Source of the DNA: Proteromonas lacertae
Lineage: Eukaryota
Length of the DNA stretch: 64,000 nucleotides
Direction: 5' to 3'
NCBI GenBank assembly: GCA_002245135.1
Contig: NGBS01000292.1
Location: 558,001 to 622,000, forward strand
Shown one piece after another: positions 40,455-54,400 of this stretch. The translations under genes were made by a program, and so were the position numbers. The notes beneath the pieces are model-generated. The model was not told the DNA's origin. It saw nothing but the letters and a program-made list of their open reading frames with translations, and searched no databases. Numbering within the stretch: the first letter of the stretch is position 1; the number at the start of each line of letters is the position of its first letter.

Positions 40455-43400
40455 ATGTCTTGTTTAGATAAAGGTATATATAACGCACTTTATATTTTAT
40501 TATTTTACATGATATACATTCCAATATAATGTATAGAATTGAATTTTCTTGTGATTCATTACCTTCAGTCATTGTGTGTTGAAAAAGAATTGGTTAATCA
40601 GTTGGTTAGTGAATTTGTATTTCTTTTCATATTTTTTTAGGAAGAAAAAAAGTTACTACCCAGTTGTTATAATATAAGAGATGAGGAGGAAATTGGAAGA
40701 TATAAATACTTAGCTAAAGAAAATAAAGGAATAAAAGAGAGTTACTTATACGATTTAGTAGAACATGTGCTGAAGAAGTATGAAGGCAAGTATAACAATG
40801 GTTCGATATTATCAAAAAGGCAATATGTATAATTTTTCTACTATTGTGATAGGGTTTCATAGAAGATAACAAAAATGTAGGTGTAAAAAAGCAAAGTATA
40901 ACGTTATTATAATATAAATAGGTGCAAAAGAGTATGTGAAGCTTCATTCTGAAAGATTACAGCTGAAAGAGAATATAAAAGAAATATTGCCAAAAATTGA
41001 GTTTAGACCTCCTCCAATTCCAGTAATTTCATCATATGATCCAATAATCATCACTATACCTCGAATAGCAGGGTATATACAGTAGTATATAATGAATTAG
41101 AAAGCCATTAGGAATTCAAATTACAACCACATGGTGATGAGATTATAGTACAAGGATATAGTCAAGAAAGTGGTGCAATATATGAAGAATTTAAGAATAA
41201 TAGACTGCACAGTGGTTTAATATTAGAAAAAGTGAATAATGAAACAATCAAATGTTTAGATGATGCAAAAAGAGCAATGGGATTGAAAATATCTTTTTTT
41301 TTTTTAAAATGATAGAAAATGTATATCTTAATATAATATAAGAGAATGAAGTGACATTATCATTCATCGAACGAATAGATGAAGAGAAAGAAGAGTTAAA
41401 AGAAAAAGCAAAACAAAAATGGCGAGAGTATGAAGAGTTATTGAAGAAGAAAGAAGATTATGAAAAGAGAATAAATGAAATAAGTGATACACTTGAAAAC
41501 AAGAAAAATGAATTTAATTTGAAAGTAAGTAAAAGTCCTATATCATTAATATCCAATCAGTATAATATATATATATATATTAAATGCTAATAATTAATAG
41601 TGTTGTAAATCCTTTCAATAAATCCTTTGGTTATAAACAATTATTAAAACAAATGAACAGATTGAAAACATTAAGTGGTCATAAATATTATGCAATATTT
41701 TCAATAAAATATAGTCACAGAGGAGATAGAATAATTACAGGTTGTGATGATCATTTAGTTAAAATATGGAGTTCAATTACTACATCATTAATGTATAGTT
41801 AATATATATATATATATTGTTATTATGATTTTATTATATTTTATTATTAGATTTACATTGAGAGGTCATGGTGATGTAATAATTGCAATACGATTGACAA
41901 AAGATGATAAATATTTAGCAACAGCTTCTAAGGATAATACAATTCGTATTTGGAATTTTTCAAATGGAATTCCTTATGGGATATGTGTTGGACATACTAA
42001 TAGTATGAATGCAATAAAAGTATTAATAATAATAATAATAATATTTCATATTTTTATAGTTTACAAAAGATAATCGATTATTATCAATAAGTGATGATGG
42101 AACATGTAAATATTGGTCAATTCATTCTCTGAATAAAGATAAAAGTGATAAGATTAATGATAAATGGCATCGTATAATTATTATATTTATATTTATATTT
42201 ATAAACGTGTAGATTCTACTTGTATTATATCTTATTATCATAAAGATGTATCACCAAATCCAAGTAATCATACAGTCTTGAATAAACCAGTTAATGTTAT
42301 ATCTTATATGTATTAATAGATTCCTATTTATTTATATAGAAAAGATAAAGATTTGATTATTACAGGAGATGATCAAGGGATGATCAGAGTTTATAGATTA
42401 CCTAAAAATAGTGAAATAAAAGATAGAGAAATATATGATAGAGAAGCTGAAAGGTTTTTGGTTTCTTACTATAGTATATATATATATTTTTCTTTCTATA
42501 TTATTATTTAAATAGAAGCATTTGATCGAGGAATAATATTTATGAAAATAAATTCACTTAAAAATACAATAGCTGTAAGTACATCCAAAGATGAATCAAT
42601 ATTAATGTTGAAATACAATTCAAAATACACTGAAATGATTCCAATCAAAATCAAAACAAATGAAGATCCAAATCATTTAGACAATCCTCCTGATAAAGTG
42701 AAATTGTTAAATAAAAAGATATATTGTGATTTCTTATGTTTTTCTAAAGACTGTAAATTGTTAATTACTTCAGTTGGGTTTTCTTATCGATTAAATGGAA
42801 CAAAGAAACATATTGGAATAATAAAAGTATATATTTATTTATTCTTATATAATAATAATAATATAGATGTTTGATGCTGAGACTGGTAGATATATCACAT
42901 CTTACACTGGAGTTAGTGCAGTTACAGTAATAAAAACATCTCCATTTTACAACAATATAATCATAGTAACTGACAATGTAGGAAATATTCGAATATATGA
43001 TATCTCGTCCAACACATTGCTAAATAAATTCACCAACATACACTTAGGTGGAATGAGTAATATGAATGATAATGGTCCAATCTATCACACCAATGATCGT
43101 GTTGGTATTCAAGATTGTAGTTGGAATAGAGATGGTACTGAGTTTATAGTATCTGATAATAATGGAAGATGGTCTTTGTATGGTAATGGAAATAGTGATA
43201 TTTATGATCATATTCCACCTGAATTATACTTTACTTCTGATTATGAAAGTGTTACTGAAACTAAAACTCACAATATTATTGATACTGCTACAAAGATGCC
43301 TTGTCATTTATTACCTCATGTTTATTGTGAATCAAATGGACAAATGTATATTTTTATTGTTTATTTTGTTATATTATTTTTATAGTTATAACATTCCACC

Positions 43401-46400
43401 TCCATATCCGCTTGATAGAAATTCAATGACAAGTGAAGAGAATATTAGACGAAGAAAACAATTAATACAACAAACAAGACTGTTAGAATCAAAAATGAAA
43501 ATAGAATCTGATGCAATTGAATCATCAACACCACCAACTAATAATAACAATAGAAATAGAAATGGAAGGAATAATCGTTCAAGAAATCGTAATAATAATA
43601 ATGATAATAATATGGAAGAGGAAGAAGAAGATGATGATGATGAAATTCCTGCACCACCAATAGACCAAAATGACGATGACTTTGACCCACAAAATATAAT
43701 AGATAGTGATTCAGATTCAAGTAGTTTAGATTTAGACAATGAAAGTGATTCTGTAGGTAAGTGATGATGGTAATGAAGAAATATTAGAAGATAGAAGTAG
43801 TAATAGAGGAAGAGGAGGTAGAAGAAGAAGTGGTTTAAGATCAAGAAATAGGAATGATATTAATAGTGATGATTATGATTATAATGATTCTGAAGGTGTT
43901 ACAACGAGAAGTAGATCCAGTAGAAGCAATAATACAAATACAAGAAATACAAGAAGAAATAGAGTCGTTTCACATACTAGTCGTTACTATGATGAAGACG
44001 AAGAAGATGAGTTTTTATCTGATGATAATGAAGGTGATATGCTAGACAATGATGGAAATTTAACTGAAGAATTTGAGAGAGAAGATAATGAACAGTCAGA
44101 TAGTGATACTTATTCAGTAGAAAGTGATAAAGAAATAGAAAAGGAAATATCTAAAAGACAATGGGATATTACTGAAGGTTATAAGAATAGAGAAAATGAA
44201 GTCCCAACTGATGATAGGTTTGATATGAACAAATCAATTAATGAATTTTCTGAACAAGATTTGAAGTCATTAAAATGTGGATTATGTCAATCAACTAATA
44301 ACAATAGTAAATATCAATTTATTCCTCATCCTTTAATATATGACAGACATCCAGTGTATATCCATGAAATATGTGCAAAATATTCACCAGAAGTTGTTTA
44401 TAATAGTAATGATCTAAATGAATGTAAAAATATCACTGCTAATATATATCGTGGTTTGAAATTACTGTGTTCTATATGTAGTGAAGATGGTGGAACTTGT
44501 GGTTGTAGTGTTGATATTTGTGATAAAAGTGTTCATATTCCATGTGCTATTAAATCAGGTTGGAAACCTGGAACTCAGTTTTATTGCGATGAACATCGAT
44601 ATATTGCGAAAATACCTCATATTGAAGATGCATTTGTATATTTATTTATTTATATTTATTTATTCTATATATATATATATATAGTCAAGATCAAGCTTTT
44701 ATTATGATAGAACTTATATATTAAAAACAACATTGAAAGAATATAATTATTATATTCCTCAGATGAATGATCATGTTGGTTATATTACTAGAGGACATAT
44801 TTCATATTGTAAGAACTTGGAGAATAAATCCATTACTATCAAACCACCTCAAATCTTAACGGATAATTATATAAGAGCTGTAGAGTGTATAGTGAAAGAT
44901 TATAAATATGTATTTCCTGATTTGAGTGATCCACTTCCTTCTATTCGAATTATTTGTACTTTGAAAGTGATTGGTTATCCAAAATGTGAAGTTTTGGATG
45001 ATTTTATCAATTCATTACCAGAAAAAGAGCAAAAAGAAGAAGATAATGATTATGAAGTTTTATTACCAGAATATATCAAAGTTCCAGATAATAAGAATTG
45101 GACGTTTGAAATAGAGTTAATGAAATCGGATGAACCTGATTTCATTGTATTAATAGAGAAATTATACAAAACCATCAATAACCCTTGGGATATAAACGAA
45201 TATGTTTCAGTGAAGTTTTCAAGTGATGATGGTGAAATTAAGATATATAACGGTCATATTATTAATATAGTGGAAGATAGACAGTTTAAGAGATGTTATT
45301 ATAATGGTATTAAAGTTAGATGGGATGATGAATCAGAGAATGATGTTTCGCCTTGGGAAATGGAATATGTTGATAGTAATAATGGTGTTTATAATGATCC
45401 TGTATATATTATAATAATAATAATAATAATATTTATATATAGATTCCATCAATATCTGATGAAATGAAGAGTATTGTGATGAGTAATATCAATTTATTAT
45501 TAAAGAAACCAAATCTAAGTATATTATAATATATATTAATGATTAATAGAATATTTCAAAGATTCTTTAAAAGACTCACAATATCCATATTATTCATTTG
45601 TTGTTCCTTTACCAATTTCAATGACTATTATGTTGAATAGATTAATATCAAAGTATATTTATATATAAATATTATTAATATATTTTTATTATTAGTTTTT
45701 ATCGTTCTAAAGAATCAATTGATGCTGATTTAAAGACAATGTGTGATAATAGTATATAATGTTTATTATTTATTCATTTTATAGTTTTGTTATATTTTCC
45801 AAATGGACATAGTGCTTATAAATCACTAAGTAAATTCAAAGAATATATCAAAACTATTTATATACAACCAGAAATAAAACAAGAGAATAGTAATAATAGT
45901 AATAATAGTAAAACATCACCAAATAGTATAAATATTTTATATTTATTTATTGTTATTTAGAAACAGAATCATCCAATCCATACATCCGATTTTGTGAAAG
46001 ATTAAATGATTTTAATGAATCAATCAAAGAGAGTGATGATACATTATTATTCCACCAATCAGGATCAATGAATAATGGACAAAATAAATCAATTGGTTTA
46101 GACAAATTATCAGAAAATATAAAGAATCATATTTATAAGAAGATAGATAATTATTGGGATGATTTAATGAGTATGTTTGATGAGTTTTTAAGTCAAAGGA
46201 AAAAGAATAATATTGAGTATAGTGTAGCTGTAGAATTGAAACAGTTTTGTTATGATAATATATTGATGTGTGAAGTGGATGGTGTTGAATTGTTGGAATT
46301 AACTCCAAATCCTTATAGTGAAGATGTTTATGAGAGTATGAATCTAAGAGATGGTCCAAAAAGAAGAAAAAGAATAGAAATGAGTGATGAAGATGAATCT

Positions 46401-46532
46401 GAAGTGGAAGAGGAGGAGGAAGAAGAAGATCTTTCTGATGATTATTCGAGTGTTTCTTCTGATAATTATATCTCTACAAAGAAGAGTAAGAATAAAGTTG
46501 TAAAGAAAAGAAGAAGATCGAAAAGATATTAA
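40455..46532 (+). CDS. BRWD/PHIP-family protein (WD40 + Tudor-like + bromodomain-like) with extra PDZ-like and extended-PHD segments
   Basis: N-terminus MSCLDK|ELNFLVIHYL...EF|EEKKLLP. WD40 repeats (LSGH...IITGCDDHLVKIWS, LRGH...ATASKDNTIRIW). YIPQMNDHVGYITRGH, then VRWDD...VSPWEME. Bromo-like YYSFVVPLPISMTIMLNRL..FYRSKE. Confidence 0.85.
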
Positions 46533-46700
46533 TTGAATGTTATTCTATATTGTTATTATTTGTATGTTTGTCGTGAATATCTATTTCTTACTGTAAATAA
46601 TGAATGGGAAAAGTTTTTGAAAAATTTCAAAATAGGTTGTTTTACCCAAAATTTTTGGTAACCCACAACGTATCTGAAAATTCATTTGATCAATTTAACG

Positions 46701-47855
46701 ATGAAAGCTATCTATTTGTTGGTTATTTACTTATCTTGCGTATTAGGATGTTACAAGTATTGTAACGGACATGGTAGTTGTGGTCCAAAAGACAAATGTG
46801 AGTGTTATATGGGTTGGGGAGGTGCTGATTGTTCTTTGAGTATAGTCTAGAATTTTTATTTAAATAGGAGCATGCCCATACGGTGAAGCCTTAGTTGATA
46901 TTCCACTTGGTGATTTAGATCACGATGGTTCAGTAGACAGTACAGCAGTAAAGACAGAATGGAGACCTAAGTATGGTTTGAGTGAGAATTTAAAAGGATA
47001 TGTAACAAAGAGCAGAGCTCACAGATATGCTGAATGTTCCAACAGTGGAAGTTGTGATAGAACAACCGGTGATTGTGTATGTTATAAAGGATATGAAGGA
47101 AGTGCTTGTCAACGTCGTAGTTGTCCTAGTAGTGTAGAAGGAGTAAGTTGTAGTGGAAATGGTGTTTGTATGAGTAGTACTGCTTATGCCAAAGAACAAG
47201 GCAGTGCTTATTATGGATGGGAATTAGATAAATTCTTTACCTGTAAATGTGATGCTGGTTATGAAGGTGTAGATTGTAGTTTGAGACAATGTCCAATGGG
47301 TTTGGATCCAGTTACATTCGCTGGTTCAACAATGACATATACACTTGAAAATACAAATCAAGTATCAAAACTTACACATCCTTATTCCTTACAAATTACT
47401 TATGATGGAACTGTTTATCCAACTCCAATTATTAGTGCAGCACCAACAGTAGTGATATTATGTACAGCTGGTTCAACTGCAATTAAAGACACTACAAAAG
47501 CTAATTCTTACCAAGAAGAAATGAAAAGAGCAATTCAAACAATTCCTCCACTTTCACAAGCTTCAGTTAAAAATATCATGTGATGATACACCAAGTCCAG
47601 TTATTACAATAACAGCAGAATCAGCTGATCCAATTAAATTTGATAAATCATCAATTATTGCTGTAAAGAATGATGGAAGTTCAATTAATGGATTTTACTG
47701 TAGTTAAAGGTATAGTTAATACTCCCACAGGTACTTCAATGAAAGCTACATTATGTGCTGGCAGAGGTTTATGTGATTCAAAGACTGGATTATGTAGTTG
47801 TTTCCAAGGATATTATGGATATGCTTGTGAAAACCAAAGAACTATTCAATTGTAA
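46701..47855 (+). CDS. Stramenopile tubular mastigoneme protein (Mas/Ocm/Sig family; EGF-like Cys-rich), with two apparent +1 frameshifts
   Basis: Signal peptide, then CNGHGSCG..DKCEC..GW.GADCS.R.CPYG.A.VD.P.GDLD, AHRYAECSNSGSCDRTTGDC.C..GYEGSACQR..CP and CDAGYEGVDCSLRQCPMGLDP. Ends with CAGRGLCD..TGLCSCF.GY.G..CE.Q. Confidence 0.82.
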
Positions 47856-47963
47856 ATTTAATCATTTCACTTACATTTAATTAAAGTGAGTTTTGTTTTT
47901 TCTATTTTGTATTTTATTCGAGAAATATATTATAAAATAAAAGAATAATTAAATATAAATTGA

Positions 47964-48395
47964 CTATTTTATTGGATTTCCAGAAATACCAAATTGACCA
48001 TGATAATACGGTTTTCTAGTTTCATCTTTATATCTTTCCTCTTTCAATTCACTAACACTCCCAATTCTAGCTAATTTCTTCATTGGAAGTATTATATTAT
48101 TATTACTTTTCATTTTCTTACTTTTATTATTTTCAACATTTTTATTAATTTTCTTTTCTTTCCTCTTCTTTTCTTCCTCCTCTTCTTTCTTATCTTTTTC
48201 TATTAAATGTTTAATTGTGTCATATTTCAATCCTAATTGATGATACATATTATTCTTCAACGGAATAACATTCTTCATTTTCGTATCAATTTTTGGTATA
48301 TTTAATGTGTGATGACTACTTTCAATTATCTTGTTATAATCATCAGATATATAATCAGGACCAAGCAAACGTATATCATTTACATCCTATTACAA

Positions 48396-48426
<31 letters not shown>

Positions 48427-51400
48427 TATACATCAAATTTACTTGGTTTATCTTGTAATATCTCATTCCAAATCATTTGTTCTTTCTTCATTTTCATATC
48501 TCTTTGTCTCAAACTATTAGTTTGTTTATCTTCTAAACTCATATAATATTGCTCTCTTTCTTCACCTCTTCTTTCCATCTCTAACATCAATCTTCTCTCT
48601 GCTTCTTCAGCTAGTCTTTGTCTTTCACTGATCATCTTATGAACTTCATCAACTAAACGTTTATTCTTTTGAATTTCTTTATCTTTTTCTTCATTATCTA
48701 AGAAATATCTCATTGCTGCATCTTCTTTTCTCATATCATATAATTCTCTTTTTCTATTCTTTTCTTCTTGAATCTCAAAGAATTGTCTCATTCGTTCTTC
48801 CTCTAATTCTTTTGCTATTTTTTCTCTCAATTCTCTTTCAGCTCTTTCTCTCTCTTTCTCTTCAAATTCTTTCCTAATTCTTTCTTCTTCTTCTGCAGCT
48901 AATCGTAATCTCTCTGCTTCTTCTTCTGCTAATCTTTTGGCTTCTTCATCATCTGCTTCTTGCTCATCTTCAATTATATGCCATTTTGGCTTTTCTTTTG
49001 GTTTTTCTTCTTCTTTCTTCTCTTCTTCCTTCTTCTTTGGAGTTGAAGTTCTCTTTTTCATTGATAATTTCTTCCACTTTCTCTTTAATATCTTATTACC
49101 ATTTGCATCAACATTATCAGTTGAGTTTTCAGTACTTACACTTTCATCACCTGTATATTCACCTTCTGTACCACTATATTCATAATCACTACTATCATAA
49201 TCACCACTTTCATTACCACTTTCTGGATTATTCAAATCTTTTCGAGTTTTAGATCTCTTAAAATCAGGTGGTAAATGAAATACATTCACATCTGTATTCT
49301 TTATTACACCATATTTATCTAAATGTTCTATTGGAGGTGGTGATGGTGATTCTGAACCATCTGAATCACTTCTTCTTCGATGAATTGTGCTTCTTCTCTT
49401 TCTTGATTTTCGTCTTGTACTTTTCCTTCTACCATAGTGATTTATGTGGAATTGAGATTTGTTTTTATTGTCATATTGAATAGATGCTGGTCTGGTTGGT
49501 ATTACATATTCGAATATATTGAGATTGTGTAATAATAATGACATTGCTATATAAATAAATAAATAATAATAATAATAATATATATATATATATTATACAT
49601 CTTGTACTATAACTATGATTATGTTTGATATAATCGACTAATAATTTCATTTTTCTTTCTAAGAAGTATTCTCTACAGGGATGTCTTAAATACCAAATAA
49701 CAAATGTTTTCTCTATTTTTATTTCTTCATCATGTTCTTCTTTTGTTTGTTGATTTTCTTCTTTCTTTTCTTCTTCTTCTTTATTCTCTTCATTATTCTC
49801 TTTTTCTTCTCCTTTTTCTTCGTTTATTGGTGGTAATGGTTCTACTTCCTCCTTCATTTCTTCTTCATCATCATTATCATTTTCTCCTTTTGATTCTTCT
49901 TCTTCCTTTGTTGATTGTTCTTCATTATTTCTTTCAGTTACATCTTCTTCTGTTGGAGGATTATTATCATCAATTTTACCTTCTTCTTCTTTTCCCTCTG
50001 TAACTTCAGATTCTTTATTCTCTCCATCATCATTTTCATTTGCATTTTGTGTATTCTGTGTATTCTGTGTATTATCTGTATTTTCTGTAGTTACTGTATC
50101 AACAGTATTCTCTTCATTCACTATACTTTCTCCTCCTTCTCTTTCTACTACCTCATCTCCATGAATCTTTAACTTATTATCTTCTTCTTCATAATACTCA
50201 TGAAGTAACAAAATTATTTCATTTTTAAAGTGTAATTTATTCGGCATAGTAATTCCTTCCTTCTTAGCTATCTCCACTACACTTGAATCATGACTTGCAG
50301 CTTTAATCTCCTCCATAAAGAATTTATCTCTAACACCATAAGTATTATAAAACCAATCTACATAATTCATATATCTTGAATGTTCATAAGTAACGTTACC
50401 TGCATTAATATCTGATAAGAAAGGTAACACTTTATTTGATTCAGCTGCTAACTCTCTTACGATTGGAACACCTTCAGATAAAATAGATTCATATTTTTTC
50501 ATTATTTTTGAAACTTTTGTTTTATTTGAAAACATGTTGATTGAGATATATTCTTTTCCTTTATACTTATCTAATAATTGTTCAATATCTAATTCATCTA
50601 CATTGTCGTTATATTCACTTTCATTATCATTCATCTTTTCTCTTTCTAATCTCTCCATATATTCATCATACAAAACATCTATTAATTCACATAAGAAGTT
50701 CTTTCGTGTAGATGTTATATTATAGTACCAATTCTGAAAATGGATTCTTCTTGCTAAGATTGTTGCCATATTTGGATCTTCTTCATCTTCCACAATTGTT
50801 AAAAGTGTAATGAGTAAAAATGGATATTTCTGTAATACAGCTAAGACATTGGGAGATGCATAACTTCCATCACTGTTGAAAGGTAATCCCATTGCTTTGA
50901 TCATTCGACTACACTCATTATTACCCATTGCTTCATGAATTAACTATTGAATAAAAATATATTATTATTATATACATCTTCTCTATCTTCATCACTTATT
51001 TCTTTTAAGTATTTTGCCAACATGTCAGTATTTTCATATACTCTTTCCATTTCTCTGATTAAAAATATACGACGAATCTATTAACACAATAAACAAATAT
51101 ATAAATATACATCTTTTGTAGTAGAAAACCAATTTCTAAACTTTCTCCATAACAATATATCATGAAATGTTTCAATATCAATTGAAGGTATTTCAACACC
51201 AGCTTCTTCTGCTCTTTGCCTTATCACAGGATCTAAACTAGCAGCTGTACATTCTAACTCCTTCTCTCTACCACTCATTGTTTTATATTTGAATATATTT
51301 CGATGGATTTCTGGTTCTGGTGGATAATAACCAAATATCCAAGGTCCCCAGTCTTGCTGCTGTAAATCTTCTTTCTCTACTTCTCCTAAGTAGATTCTAT

Positions 51401-54400
51401 CATCGTCTATTAATCGACCAATACGTGAAACGATCAGTTGTTGTTTTTCTATTCTTTCAAAATCGATTCTTCGAGATCTACTTTCATATTCCTTTATTTT
51501 CTATATATTTATTAATAAATATATAATTATATACTTCTCTATAGACAGTCATTTCTTCATTCTCAACACCTACAGCTGAAGCACATCCAGCTCCTGATAT
51601 CTCTAATTATAAAATAAAAAACAAAATATAATATACGACTACCCAAAGTTCTTCTATCTGAAAAGAATACATGGTTTGGAACAGACTGTATCCTGAATTT
51701 GTGCATTATTTGACCAAGCTTTGGCTTGGGTGGTTCCATAACGGTAAAATTTTCACTAACAAATAAAACTTTACCATTTTCTTTCCTATCATAAGTGAAT
51801 TTATCAGTAGGATTCTGATAAGGAGAACATAAATAAGATGTCCTTGTAGGAAATGAATTAGTCAATTTTGTTGAACTATCTTTTATAGTTTTATTATTAT
51901 TATTTATTATTGGTGTTTTTGGTGGATATTTATCTTTACTTTCTTGTCTTTTTCTTCTTCTACTATGTAATTCTGCTTCAATTAATGATTTTGTAATATC
52001 TTCATAACTCTTATCATTTACTATTAATGGAATAGCTGTTGAAGAGGATGATTGTTCTATTACTGGCTCACTTCTTGATGTATTATTATTTTCTTCTTCT
52101 TCATTATTATTATTATTATCTTCATCAGCTTCATCATCTGCTTCATCATTCTGTTCATTGAGTGGTGATAGAAATAGACTTGAATTTGCACTTGATAATA
52201 AATCATTACTTGTATTAAATCTTCTTTTTAATTTGCTGCTACTACTTCCATTTCTACTTAAATTATTAGATTTTCGTAATATAGAGTAAGGAGTTGATGT
52301 TCTTGAATTGATTAAAGTTGAATCTGGTGTATTTAATCTACTATTAAAGTTACTATTATTATTGCCATTTGTATCATTATTTTCAGGTAATTCCATTAAT
52401 ATTTTATTTATTATACTATCATTTATCCTTCTCAAATTAGTAGAATCTAATCTTCGAATTGTTACATAATTATTTCCTTCAATTTTGACTGTATATGTTG
52501 ATGATAAATAATTGACCACTTTTTCATTTGTTTTTAATGGAGTTGGTGAAGTTGGTGAGATAGGTATATCTTCAATTTGATTACACTGTTCAGATATCTT
52601 TTTGTATAATGATCGAATCTTTTGTTTAATAAGCTCTGGACATTCAGGGAAGATTATATAATTAATTTCATCAATATAAAGTGGGAATAATCCAACAGCT
52701 GTTTCACAATATTTACTATCAATTACATGAGATATTGTGTCAATATTCACTTGTTTTAATTTATCAGGATATACTATAGAAGTTGTCAATGGCATTCCTA
52801 AATTCAAATTTTCTTCAATTTTAATAAAATCATTATAAGAAGCTACAAAGAATGTAATATTGGTAATTGGATCAACAGAAAAGAATAAATCTTCAGAAAA
52901 AAATGAATTAGTGATTGGTGATGAGAATGTATATGATTTTAATGATACAATTCTATCTGATGATATGAGTGAAAGTATTACAACACCATCTGAACCACCT
53001 GTTAACATGAATGAATATGTAGTTGATTCTTGACTCTTGTTGAGGATAATTGTAGTGAAAATGGAAGTGATTGCTCTTGTATGCAACTATATATAAATAA
53101 ATAAATAAATAAAATATATATACATGTTTTTGTAAAATATATTTCTGAGGTTTATATTTAATATAACTATAAATTCTCAAATATCCATCAATTGAACCAA
53201 CAGCAATTGTCTGTGAATTAATCAAAACATGACATAATGTAATTTTACATGGATTAAAATATGATCCTAACATTCTCAACTTACATTCTTCATTATTAAT
53301 ATCGTAAGTAATATGAAATACTTTAATGCAATCATTCTGACAATGAGCTACAAATCCAACAGAATAACCTTCTAAACATGTTCCTTTCAGTGATGTAGGA
53401 ATTGTTACTATACTACCAACCATGTTAGTTTCCATATAGTCTTTATAAATAACATAACAATTATAAGATAGTAACTTCAGTATAGTAATTAAACCTGATT
53501 TTGTACCAACAATACATATACCAACGACACTTGTGCTAATTCTTGTTTGTTCATCTGTATATAAGACAATACCACAGGATGTTACTGGATCATTTTCATT
53601 AACAATGGTGAAGATTTTTCTACTACAAGTGGTAGTATCAAATAGTTCTATTGCTCCTGAACTCCAACCGATTATAACGATGTTTAATATATCATTGTAT
53701 GTGATATAAGTGATGGTACTTATTCCATTTCTCTATTAAAATTAATAAATAAATAAATAATATATATATATATATATATATACAATCAATATTGATCGAT
53801 CACCTTGTGGTAATTCCATTGCGTGTAAGCAATTATTCTTCTCATCAATTATATATATTCTATTATTTCTCTTTGATATTGCACAAATTGCATTTTTATT
53901 ATGAAAACATTTCTCATTTAATACCATCGAAGATTGTAATGCTAAACTACTACATGGAATACTCATTTCCATATCAATATAGAATGTATGAATAGATCGA
54001 TAGATTTCATCATATATTTGGAATTTATAATAACAAGTACCAAATTGACAGAGTAATTCCAGTCTATTATTATCTTACAATAAAAATTAAAGAAAAATTA
54101 AAAAAATAAATGACTTATAAAAAAAATAAAATGATATTTTTATATATAAATCAGCATAACTTGATCTATATAATAACTGTGAATATAAATGATTCTTTAT
54201 AATATATTGATATGATTTACTATCTATTGTCTTATAAAACTTCATTGTTGATTGTGGCAAATGAATTGAATAGATATTATAAACTTTATTACATGTTATA
54301 TACCATAATTTCAAAGTACCTACTGTATCGATTGTAATGAAATAATCAAATGGGTTTATGGGAATTTTCACTATCTCAGATTGGGTTTTGATCGATTCAG

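Noticed and set aside
41281..41315. Non-canonical GA-AG intron in BRWD
   Set aside because: It sits in an indel-rich stretch with a nearby in-frame TAA. A dropped T in GTATTG is the simpler explanation, and it cannot be supported without reads.
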